This document shows, one piece after another, positions 31,376 through 41,439 of a DNA stretch of 43,960 nucleotides. Both the position numbers and the translations under genes were made by a program. This DNA is from an uncultured Verrucomicrobiae bacterium (GTDB taxonomy: Bacteria > Verrucomicrobiota > Verrucomicrobiia > Limisphaerales > JAFGQR01). Each line of letters opens with the position of its first letter. Position 1 is the first letter of the stretch. The notes below the pieces were generated by a model, which was not told the origin of the DNA, did no database searches, and saw nothing but the letters and a program-made list of their open reading frames with translations. The stretch lies in assembly GCA_963788655.1 (NCBI GenBank), contig CAWBHS010000047.1, positions 1-43,960 on the forward strand, read 5' to 3'.

Positions 31376-31588
31376 ATGAGTGAATTGGGCAAAATGCTGG
31401 TGATCGTGGGCGCCATGCTCGTCGTGGTGGGACTGGTACTATGGACCGGCTTTGGTAAAGGCTGGCTGGGCCGTTTGCCCGGCGACATCCATTTCAACCG
31501 GGGCAATTTCAATTTCTATTTCCCGATTGTCACCTGCCTGCTGATCAGCATCGTGCTGACCATCATTCTTTGGTTTTTCCGCAAGTAA
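31376..31588 (+). CDS. DUF2905 family small membrane protein
   Basis: LGKMLVIVG...WLGRLPGDI...FYFPIVTCLLISIVLT signature. Confidence 0.9.
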   Translation: MSELGKMLVIVGAMLVVVGLVLWTGFGKGWLGRLPGDIHFNRGNFNFYFPIVTCLLISIVLTIILWFFRK

Positions 31589-31696
31589 AGGATTGATTGG
31601 AGTTGAAACCATGGATGCCCCGGAAGGCCATGGAGAACAGCTTGGCCGTGACGATTCAATGCGACGAATCCGCAAGAACCTTGGACAACTCCATTC

Positions 31697-31764
31697 AACC
31701 CCAAAGGCACGAAGCGCGCAAAGATGCTGCCAACATCCTTTGCGCGCTTCGTGCCTTTGCGGTT
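31697..31764. repeat. Inverted-repeat hairpin element between convergent genes
   Basis: AACCCCAAAGGCACGAAGCGCGCAAAG ... CTTTGCGCGCTTCGTGCCTTTGCGGTT. Confidence 0.7.
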
Positions 31765-31968
31765 AATCAGGTCACTCGCCCACGTCACAACGTCTGGACT
31801 CGATTCTCGTCACCCAGGTTGCAGCCCGCTGCCCTCGGTTTCTTCGTGGTTGCCCGACCGGTCAGCACGAGATTCCCCAATCGCAAAAGTTTTCCAACGC
31901 CCCCCTTCAACTCTTCAACGCGTTAACCCTTCAAGCGCGGTCCCGGCTCTGCCCCGTTGGTGGAGTTC

Positions 31969-33182
31969 TCAACGGTGTTTCCAAGGTGAGGTTAGGAAAC
32001 CCACCAACCGGCTCGCGCGATCGGCGATGGCGTTGAGCGGCACGTGCCGGGCCAGCCAGGGTTGGCGTAACTGAATGCCGTGCGACGGGCAAAACTCATG
32101 GCAGCAGTAACATCGGATGCAGCGGTCATCATCGACGCGCTGACCCGGTTCGGCCCTCGGCTGAATGGCCGAAGGTGTGACCGGGCAACCGCGTTCGCAA
32201 ATCCCGCATACCGTGCAACGCCCGTCAATGATCTCGGGGCGAACCGTCCATTGGCGCCGGACCCAATTCAACATCGGCTTGGGCAGCGGCAACAACCGGA
32301 GCACGTCCACCGGTTGTTCCACTTTCTCAAAATCAGCCACGCGCAGCGATTCCCAGTCGTCACCGTCACCTGGATTTGCTCTAATTCGGTCTGCCCAAAC
32401 TGTTGCTCGCGGGCGGCGACGAGCAAGGGCACGCGCAGCGGATTCAGGCCAATCAAATGGCAGGCTAACGTGTCGGCGGCGGCAAGGTCGCAACTGGCGA
32501 TCAACGCTCCCAGGAAACGCGGCCTGCCGCTGGTGGGGCCCAACCCTTCCATGGCCGTGATCGCGTCCATGATCACCAGCGCGGGACGGGCCACGCGATT
32601 CACGTCAAGAATCAAGGAGGCCAGCCATTCCGGTTGTTGGAGGCGGAAATGCCACTGGCTTTTGAGCGCGCCGGGAATGCAGCCATACTGGTTTTTGAGC
32701 GCGCCGGTCAGGGTCATTTGCGCGTGCGTTTTGAGCTTGGGCAGGGTGATGAAAACGTCCACCGCCAACAAAGCCTTCGCGAGCGTCAACCGCCGGGCGA
32801 GCACACTGTCCGGCGCCTCGAACTCGTGCGGTTCGCTAAAATCGAGCAGTTGCGCTCCGGTCGCTTCCATGACTGGCGCGAGGCCGCTGCCGCGAATGGC
32901 CTGGGGCAAACTCGCCATGGCGGGGCTGTCACCCACCCACGCCTGGCCGCCGGCCTCCTGCACCAACTGGATCGCGGCGCGCACAATGGATGGATGCGTC
33001 GTCACGGCGCGTTCGGGCGCGAAGCCACCCAAGAGATTGGGTTTCAGCAGAACCCGCTGGCCTGGTTGCACAAAACGTTTCATGCCGCCCAACGGTTCCA
33101 AACCGGACCGCATGGCCGCCAGCACCCGATCCGGATCGTAATCCGCAACCTTCCGAAGACTGACCATGGCGGGATCGTTCAT
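31969..33182 (-). CDS. DUF362 protein with C-terminal 2x[4Fe-4S] domain, frameshifted near 32370
   Basis: VLLKPNLL, TTHP, PKLKTH..TLTGALKN, MEGLGP. CTVCGICERGCP and CIRCYCCHEFCP lie in the adjacent frame. Confidence 0.85.
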
Positions 33183-34477
33183 GCGGTAGCCAGGGAAGCT
33201 GGTTTCATCGGCCGCAGCAGCAACGCTCCACCGGCGCCCGGAATCAAGGCGACCAATCCGGCGGTCACAAATGCCGCCGCAAATGAATGGGTGGCATCAG
33301 CAATCTGTCCCGCCAGCCACGGACCCAGCGCCTGCCCGACCCCGAATACAATAGTCATCAAACCCAACGCGGCCGGTGCCAGGCGCGCACCGAAAATGTC
33401 GCCGGACAACGCCGCCATCAAGGCGGGAATACTCCAGGCCGTCACGGCGAACAATCCCGCCGACAGATAGATCACCGCCAGATGATGGCTCAAGCCAAAC
33501 ACCAGGAACGACAATCCTTGGAGGCTGAACACCCAGAGCAATGCTACGCGTCGTCCCCATCGATCCGAAATTGCGCCCCAAATAAATCCGCTGATGGTGG
33601 ACACCATGCCGATCTTCAGCCAGAGCAGTCCGGCCTCCGGGCCACTGAATGCCGCCTCATTGACCAGGTAGCGAATGAAAAACGTCGAGTAGATGATGTA
33701 AGAAAAGCCAAAGGCAAAATAGATGGCCGCCAGATGCCAAAGCATGGGAGACTGATAAACCAATGCCCAGTTTAGCGACGAGGCCCGTTTCTCCGCCCCG
33801 CACTGCGCGCGCTCCGCACCAGTATCGCCGACGGGCGTTAATCCTACGTCCGCCGGATGGTTGCGCAGAAATACCGCGCACAGCAGAAACACGCCGAACG
33901 TGATCCCCGCCAGCACATACCATGAGATACGCCAGCCCTCGGCGCCGTGTTGCGCCAGGATGGCCGGGACAAGCGGTCCGGTAACCATCAGACCGATGCT
34001 CGAACCACCCACGCCGGCCCCGGACGCGAGCCCGCGCCGCCGGGCGCCAAACCAGGCGGAAACCAGTCCCATGGCCGGAACGTTGCCGCCGGCGCCGCCC
34101 ACGCCCGCCAGGAAACGCCCAAGCCGCGCGCCATCGAACGTGGGAACTAATCCGGTCAATGCCATGCCCAGCGTGGTGATGAGCAGCGCCATTGAAATCA
34201 CAATGCGCGGCCCAAAACGCGCCGCGAGCACTCCGGCGAAAACCACAGTGACGAGGTAGCCGAACAGGTTCCAGGATTGCAGCGCACCGGTCTGAGTGTT
34301 GGTGAGTTGCAGACTCTCCTGCATGGCGGGCAGGATGCTGGTGTAGCCAAAGCGCGCCAGGCCCAACGACCCGAACACGGCCAACACGATCAACGCCAGC
34401 ACCACGAAGCCATAATGCATGCGCGTCACCGGTTTGGGCAGAGGTGTTTTGGAACGTGTCGATGCCGGCGAGCTCAT
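33179..34477 (-). CDS. MFS transporter (YbfB/YjiJ-like)
   Basis: 12-TM pattern, GLARFGYTSILPAMQ, GAISDRWGRR. Overlaps the DUF362 start by 4 bp. Confidence 0.9.
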   Translation of the reverse strand: MSSPASTRSKTPLPKPVTRMHYGFVVLALIVLAVFGSLGLARFGYTSILPAMQESLQLTNTQTGALQSWNLFGYLVTVVFAGVLAARFGPRIVISMALLITTLGMALTGLVPTFDGARLGRFLAGVGGAGGNVPAMGLVSAWFGARRRGLASGAGVGGSSIGLMVTGPLVPAILAQHGAEGWRISWYVLAGITFGVFLLCAVFLRNHPADVGLTPVGDTGAERAQCGAEKRASSLNWALVYQSPMLWHLAAIYFAFGFSYIIYSTFFIRYLVNEAAFSGPEAGLLWLKIGMVSTISGFIWGAISDRWGRRVALLWVFSLQGLSFLVFGLSHHLAVIYLSAGLFAVTAWSIPALMAALSGDIFGARLAPAALGLMTIVFGVGQALGPWLAGQIADATHSFAAAFVTAGLVALIPGAGGALLLRPMKPASLATA

Positions 34478-34566
34478 GATGAAGGCTATTTTGAGGCAAC
34501 CTCTCGGGGAAGCAAATTCCTTTTGTGATCAAATGGCTCTGGCCGCCACGACAATGGCGGCCCCAG

Positions 34567-34680
34567 CGAGCTGCTGGCATCCTGCCGGCAGATCGAACGG
34601 AGGAATCACTTTCGAACCGAGGTCAGATGATCGAGCCCATTTGCCGCGTCCAATTCTACCGGCGGGACGCCGGCAGCACG
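34567..34680. repeat. REP family C doublet
   Basis: CGAGCTGCTGGCATCCTGCCGGCAGA ... TCTACCGGCGGGACGCCGGCAGCACG. Confidence 0.75.
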
Positions 34681-34858
34681 TTGGCCGGAGCGCTTCGCCG
34701 CAAATTAACTTCATGCGCCCTATCAGAGGAATGGCTCGCAACGACAGAATACCCCTCACTCGCGAACTTCCAGATTCACCTCCGAACTCAGCGCCGCTCG
34801 CATTTTTGTCGTGTTTGGTAGCGGAAGTATTAAGAATGTGCCGTTGCACAGCAAACAA

Positions 34859-37800
34859 ATGAAATCAATCTTCATTGCCATTGGATTCGGTTTGGCGGCG
34901 GCCAGCCTCGCAGCGTTGGGCCAGGAAGGCGAGGTGGCGATTCAGAATGTTGTTCTTCGGGTGAGTTACGACCGCGCCACCGGTGGCATCACGCTGCTGG
35001 CACGACAAACCGGGAAGACGTTCTTTCATGAGACGCCCCCGAGCGACACTCAACGCGCCGCCCAAGTCGTAGCCGTCTCCGACAAGACATTCGGCTCCGG
35101 CCAGGCCATCGAACTCAAGTTCCCCAACGGCAGCCGTCAGGTCGTGCAACTGTTTCCTGGACTACCGTTCGCTTTGTTCCGAACCAGCCGGCACAACGGC
35201 GGAACGGAAACGGCCGTCCTCCGGCAAGTTCGCACGCTGGCCGGCGGAATTTCTTTGGACAAACCGGCCGCGGAACTGGTCACGCTTGGCACCGGCGGAC
35301 TGCTTGCGCCGGACAAGAATCCGGGCAGCTACGTCTGGCTGGCCATCGCCGAACCGCAGAGCCGCAATGGTGTGGTTTGTGGCTGGCTCGACTCAGGACC
35401 GCGGGAGCAGCGTAGTGTTCAGCAAGGTCGAAAACGATCAGGTGCGCGTGGAAACCCAGATCGACTACGGGCGTCTGCGCCTTGAACCCGGCGCGACGGA
35501 GGAGTTGGAGACGCTGGCGGTCGGTTACTTCGACGATGCCCGGCTCGGATTGGAATCGTGGGCAGACGCGGTCGCCAAAGTTTACGACATTCACCTGCGC
35601 CCGCAACCGGTGGGTTATTGCACCTGGTATTCGCAACCTTACGGTGGGGCGTCCGATGAAGTTCACCTGCCCGAATTGGCGACCTTCGCGGCGAAACAAC
35701 TCGCGCCGTTTGGATTTTCGGTGGTACAAATTGACGATCATTGGCAAGCCGGCATTTCCACGAACGGCCCCAAGCGCAATTTCACCACTCACGCCGCCCA
35801 GGGACCATTCCCGAGCGGTATGAAAGCGATGGCCGACAGGATCAAGGCCAACGGATTGGTGCCGGGGATATGGTTCATGCCGTTTGCCGGGACGTATTAC
35901 GATCCGTTCTTCCAGGCCCATCCGGATTGGTTTGTGAAACGTGCCAATGGCCAGCCTTACGAAACCGCCTGGGGCGGCACTTGCCTGGACATGACCGAAC
36001 CCGGCGCGCGCGAATATCTCGCCGGCAACGTCCGACGCATCGCCCACGAGTGGGGCTACCAGTATTTCAAAATGGACGGTCTGTGGACTGGCACGGCCAC
36101 CAAACAGATTTACGTCAACACCGGCTACCGCGACGAAGGCATTGGCGACGCGGTGTTTCACAATCCGAAGAAGACCAATCTCGAAGCGTACCGCTCCGGT
36201 CTGAAATTGGTGCGGCAGACGGCCGGCGCGAAGGTCTTCTTCCTCGGCTGTTGCGCGCCGCAAAACATGCGTTCCTACGGCGGCGCCTTTGGTCTGGTGG
36301 ATGCCATGCGGATTGGCCCCGATAATGGCTCGGGTTGGGGCGGCTTGCTGCGCGGACCAACGTTCGGCTCGCGCCACTACTTCCTGCACGGTCGGGTGTG
36401 GTACAACGATCCGGATCCCGTGTATGTGCGCGCCAGCATGCCCTTGGCGCACGCCCAGGTGATTTGTTCGTGGGTGACGCTCAGTGGGCAGTTGAATCTC
36501 AGCAGCGAGTGGCTGCCCGGCTTGCCGCCGGAACGGCTCGATATTTTGAAACGCGCCATGCCGTCGCACGGTCTGTTGCCACGGCCGGCTGACTTGTTCG
36601 AGGAACCCATACCCCGCGTCTGGTTGTTGACCGATGATCGTCGCTCCCCGCGCCGGGACGTGATTGGTTTGTTCAATTGGAGCGAGGCCCCGCTCGAGTT
36701 CGATGACTCGTTGGCGCGGATTGGGCTGGCTGGTGACCGGGAATATGTCGCCTTCGATTACTGGCAGAACCGTTTTGTGCCGCCGTTTGCGGGCCGACTG
36801 AAATCCACGTTGCCCGGTCAATCCTGTCAGGTGCTCGCCGTGCGCCCGAGATTGAATCGCCCGCTGGTGATCAGCACCTCGCGGCACATTACCCAAGGCA
36901 TCGTGGATCTGGTGGAAGAGAATTGGGACGAGGCCGGCGACGTGCTGAGTGGCCGGAGCAAAGTGGTCGGCGGTGATTCGTATGAACTTCGCACCGTGGC
37001 ACTGGCCAAGGATAAAGGCTGGTTGGTCAAGGCTGTCGAGGTGTCCGACGATGACAAGTCCGCCGGCGTCAAAATTCGATTCAAGGAAAGGAATGGGTTG
37101 GTGCGCGCCACCATTGAATCGCCCGTCAGCCGTGACGTGTCGTGGTCTTTGCATTTCGGAACGACGGATCGGGCCGCCGCCAAAACCGCAGCCGTCACCG
37201 GGCTTCAAGCCGAAGCTTTGGAACCTACCGCAGTGACTTTGCAATGGGACGGGGAGGATGGAGTGGTTTACGAAGTTCGCCGCAATCAGTCGGAGGCCGT
37301 TGCGACCACGGCGGCCAACTTGCGCCAGGACGGACTTCAGCCGGGAACCACATACCATTTCGCAGTGACGGCCGTGGGCTGGTCCGGCCAGCGATCGGTA
37401 CCGCGGGAACTCACCGTGGCTACACCTCCCATTCCGAAACTGCCGCCGCCACCGCCCCAACCCCAAGTCCGCCTGACCTCGCTTCGGCCGCTCAAGGCCA
37501 CGACGGGATGGGGCCGGGTTGGCACCGGCAAATCAGTGGCCGGCGGCCCGCTGCGGATTGGTGAACAAACATACCCGGACGGCATCGGCGTACACGCCGT
37601 TTCGGAACTGGTCTATGACTGCCAACCGGAATACCAGCGGTTCGTGGCCGTAGCGGGCTTGGACGAAGAGATTCGCAGTAACGATCGCAGCAGCGTGGTC
37701 TTTAAGGTGGTTGCCGAGACGCCGTCTGGAGCCAAAACCCTCGCGGCATCGCCCATCCTGAAATTCGGCCAGATCGAATTCTGGCACTTCGATGTACCGC

Positions 37801-37910
37801 TGCCCGCCGACTGCCGCCGGTTGCACTTGTGGGTGGACGATGCCGGCGATGGCATCAATTCCGATCATGCGGACTGGGCGGCGGCTGGCTTCATTGTTGG
37901 TGACAAGTAA
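34859..37910 (+). CDS. Secreted clan GH-D (GH36-like) alpha-galactosidase-family hydrolase with FN3 and NPCBM domains; frameshift near 35393
   Basis: Signal peptide, GYCTWY, QIDDHWQ, YFKMDG nucleophile, RIGPD, NDPD, FN3 LQPGTTYHFAVTAV, NPCBM GIGVHA...DHADWA. Confidence 0.85.
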
Positions 37911-37955
37911 ACTCGGATTGAAGACACCTATGGCACAAACAACAAAATCCATTCA

Positions 37956-38300
37956 ATGAAAGTCCAACGTTACGGCATGGTGATCGGGCTGCGGCCTGAA
38001 ACGATCAAGCATTACAAGAAACTGCACGCGGCGGTCTGGCCCGGCGTGTTGAAGATGATCCGGCGGTGCAAGATTCGGAATTACTCGATCTATCTGCACC
38101 AACTGCGGAAGAACCAATACTACCTGTTCAGTTACTTCGAGTATCTGGGGCGGGACTTCAAGGCGGATATGGCCGTGATGGCCGCCGACCCCACCACGCA
38201 GGAATGGTGGAAGCATTGCGAGCCCTGTCAGAAGCCGCTCTCGAACCGGAAAAAGGGCGAGTGGTGGGCGACCATGGAGGAAGTGTTCCACGCGGATTGA
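37956..38300 (+). CDS. rhaM: L-rhamnose mutarotase
   Basis: YKKLHAAVWP, IRNYSIY, LFSYFEY, TQEWW, MEEVFH. Confidence 0.88.
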   Translation: MKVQRYGMVIGLRPETIKHYKKLHAAVWPGVLKMIRRCKIRNYSIYLHQLRKNQYYLFSYFEYLGRDFKADMAVMAADPTTQEWWKHCEPCQKPLSNRKKGEWWATMEEVFHAD

Positions 38301-38376
38301 ATTGAGGAGCGGCTCAGGGTATTCGGCGTTCAACATCTGCGGTAGCTGCTCAGAGTGGCCTGTGCCAATCGAATTT

Positions 38377-38589
38377 CGCGCCAGCGCCTGGAGTGCGCGG
38401 AGCTTGCTCCCGCTTTTGTTTGATGCCGACGCGCGAAGGCCGATGCAGCGCGATTGGAGATTTGACCTCGCCTTCCCATACGAAAGCGCCGGCAAGCCGG
38501 GCGCACTCCAAACGCTGGCGCGACGTTCCGACTGACCGTGCTGATCCTCCGGCCAGCGCCTGGAGTGAGCGGAGCTTGCTCCCGCTTTC
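38377..38589. repeat. REP family A doublet (38377-38522) plus a solo arm (38552-38589)
   Basis: CGCGCCAGCGCCTGGAGTGCGCGGAGCTTGCTCCCGCTTT ... GAAAGCGCCGGCAAGCCGGGCGCACTCCAAACGCTGGCGCG. Confidence 0.8.
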
Positions 38590-38718
38590 GGTATTCGGAT
38601 TTCCCTTGGGGTTTGGGGTTCGGGCTTCGGCCGTTGGCGCCGGACGGGTGGCCGTTTAGCGCCGTCAAATTAAGCCTTTACAGCATTCTCCCCCCTCCGC
38701 ACATTTATTCGTGTGTCG

Positions 38719-40778
38719 ATGACATCCGTTGAAAGGTTGAAACCAAGTGGAGAACCGGCGTCCACGGAATCAACCCCCCCAGCCACAACCGATCTGGAAA
38801 CCGCGCTTCAGCGGTCGCGCGACTATTTGCTCGGCGCGCAGAAATCCGAGGGCTATTGGGTTGGCGAATTGATGGTGGATTCCACGCTTGGTTTCCGACA
38901 TGGTGGCCTACCACCATTGGAACGGCAAGGTGGATCCGGAATGGCAGCGCAAGGCGGTCAATCACATCTTCTCGCTGCAACTGCCGGATGGCGGCTGGAA
39001 CATTTATTACGGCGGCCCCGCGGAGGTAAACGCCACCATCAAGGCCTATCTGGCGCTGAAACTGGCCGGCGTTCCCGTCACCGATCCGCGCATGCTCAAG
39101 CGCGCGCGAAGTGGCCTTGAGCTTGGGCGGCGTGCCGCGCATGAACACCTTTTCCAAGCTCTATCTCGCGTTGCTGGGGCTGTTCCCGTGGGAATACGTG
39201 CCCACCATCCCGTGCGAAGTGCTGCTCATCGGCAAATGGTTTCACGTGAACTTCTGGGAAATGAGCAACTGGTCGCGCGCCATGCTCGTGCCGCTGGCCA
39301 TCATCAATCATTTCAAGCCCACGCGGCCGCCGAGCAACAACGTCACACTCGATGAGCTTGTATCCCGAAGGCATTCACGAACGCGACCTGGCGCTGCCCC
39401 CGATCCGGAGACGTTTCACCTGGCGCAACTTTTTCCTCTGGCTCGGACCGCCTGCACAAGTTTGCCGAAGTGGTTCGCCCAGCACGGGCATCCATCCGTT
39501 CCGCCGCCGCGCGCTGAAAAAGGCCGAGCAATGGATGCTCGAACGCTTCGAAGGCTCCGACGGCCTGGCGGCGATTTTTCCGGCGATGCTGAATTCGCTC
39601 ATTGCCCTCAAGGCCTTGGGCTACCCGGACGACCACCCGCAGGTGCGCGCGAGCGGAACGCGAGTTGAAGAAGCTGCGAGCACGAAACCGCCGACAGCGT
39701 TCGCATCGAGCCCTGCTTCTCGCCGGTGTGGGACACGGCCATCGTCTGCGATCTGCCTGCGCGAATCCGGCGTGCCCGCCGATCATCCGCAACTGCAGAG
39801 AGCCGGCCGAATGGTTGATGAACAAGGAAATCCGTTTCGCGGGCGACTGGCAGTCACAAGAACCCGGCCAAGGTCGAGCCCAGCGGCTGGGTGTTTGAAT
39901 TCGAAAACAAGTGGAATCCGGACGTGGACGACACGGCCATGGTGTTGCTGGCCTTGCGCCAGGTGCCCACCGACAATCCGCAGCAGCGCGACGAATGCTT
40001 TCAGCGCGGGCTGAACTGGATGATGACGTTCCAGTGCAAGGACGGCGGCTGGGCGGCGTTCGACAAGGATTGCACCAAGAACATTCTCGAGAAGGTGCCC
40101 TTCGCCGACCACAACGCCATGCTCGATCCCGAATGCGCCGACATCACCGCGCGCATTCTGGAACTGCTCGGCTACGAAGGCTGTACGCCGTGGACCATCC
40201 GCAGGTGCAGAAGGCGCTGCGATTACATCCGCGACGCAGCAGGAGGACGGACGGTTCCTGGTACGGGCGCTGGGGCGTGAATTACATCTACGGCACCTGG
40301 CAGGTGCTGCGCGGATTGCGTGCGCTGAAGATCAACATGAACCAGCCGTGGCTGCTCAAGGCGCGCGCACTGGCTCGAAAGCGTGCAGCACCGAGGACGG
40401 CGGCTGGGGCGAACGCTGCAACACCTACGACGATCCGGTTTTCAAAGGCCAGGGTCCCAGCACCGCCTCGCAGACCGCCTGGGCGGTCATGGGCTTGTGC
40501 GCCTTTGACGATCCCGCATCGCCCGAGTCTCCAACGCGGCATTGAATATCTGATTCGCACCCAGAACCCGGACGGCTCCTGGACGCGAAGACGAAATCAC
40601 CGGCACCGGTTTTCCGAAGGTCTTCTACCTCAAGTACGACATGTATCGCAACGCCTGGCCGTTGCTGGCGCTGGCGACCTACCGGAAGCTCCGGCAAAAA
40701 CACGGTGCAAAGCACGCCGAACCGGTGAACGGCCAGTCGCACCATTTGCCGAAAACGCTCGCCAAAGCGAACCGGTAG
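38719..40778 (+). CDS. shc: Squalene-hopene cyclase, split by many frameshifts (probable sequencing errors)
   Basis: QW motifs (QKSEGYW, QLPDGGW, QCKDGGW, QNPDGSW), catalytic PDVDDTA, DGSWYGRWGVNYIYGT, and C-terminal FYLKYDMYRNAWPLLAL. Confidence 0.92.
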
Positions 40779-40839
40779 CCAGCCGGCCTCCCCGCGTTAC
40801 GATCCCTTTCGACGGAGCACAGCTTCAGCCGAGCATCAA

Positions 40840-41304
40840 CGTGCTGCCGGCATCTTGCCGGCAGAGCGAACGGAAGAAGACGCTGCGAATTGCCAAGCAA
40901 CCCCGAGCGCACCAGGCACTTCGGGCGCCGGCAACGGTTCGAACGTTTCTGGCGTGTTCGTTTCTGCCGGCGGGACGCCGACAGCACGTTGCGTCAGCGT
41001 GCTGCCGGCATCTTGCCGGCAGAGCGAACGGAAGAAGACGCTGCGAGTTGCCAAGCAGCCTCGAGCGCACCAGGCACTTCGGGCGTGGGCCAAGGTTCAA
41101 ACGTTTCTGGCGTGTTCGTTTCTGCCGGCGGGACGCCGACAGCACGTTGCGTCAGCGTGCTGCCGGCATCTTGCCGGCAGAGCGAACGGAAGAAGACGCT
41201 TCGAACCACCAAGCAGCTTCGAGCGCACCAGGCACTTCGGGCGTGGGCCAAGGTACGAATGTTTCTGGCGCGGTCGTTTCTGCCGGCGGGACGCCGGCAG
41301 CACG
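40840..41304. repeat. Three tandem palindromic elements (REP family C), period 158 bp
   Basis: Units start at 40840, 40998 and 41156. Each 149-bp unit is bounded by CGTGCTGCCGGCATCTTGCCGGCAGA / TCTGCCGGCGGGACGCCGRCAGCACG, with a 9-bp linker TTGCGTCAG. Confidence 0.92.
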
Positions 41305-41439
41305 CTGACTGAGCGCCGTCGCCATTTCCACGCACCTTTTCGCGGGCTTGCTCTTCGGAGTGAATGCCCGCATGTTTCACTATGCGCTCGCAGCAGTGAG
41401 CCAAACCAGGTCCCTGCCAGGCGAGCCGGCATTCTTCCA

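Noticed and set aside
40840..41304. CRISPR array
   Set aside because: The intervening sequences are near-identical rather than unique spacers, the period is 158 bp, and no cas genes are present.
40855..41439. N-terminal extension of the 994-aa ORF; likewise the extensions at 10102-10308 and 29425-29631
   Set aside because: These are translated REP or tandem-repeat DNA. Better starts exist at 41440, 10101 and 29632.
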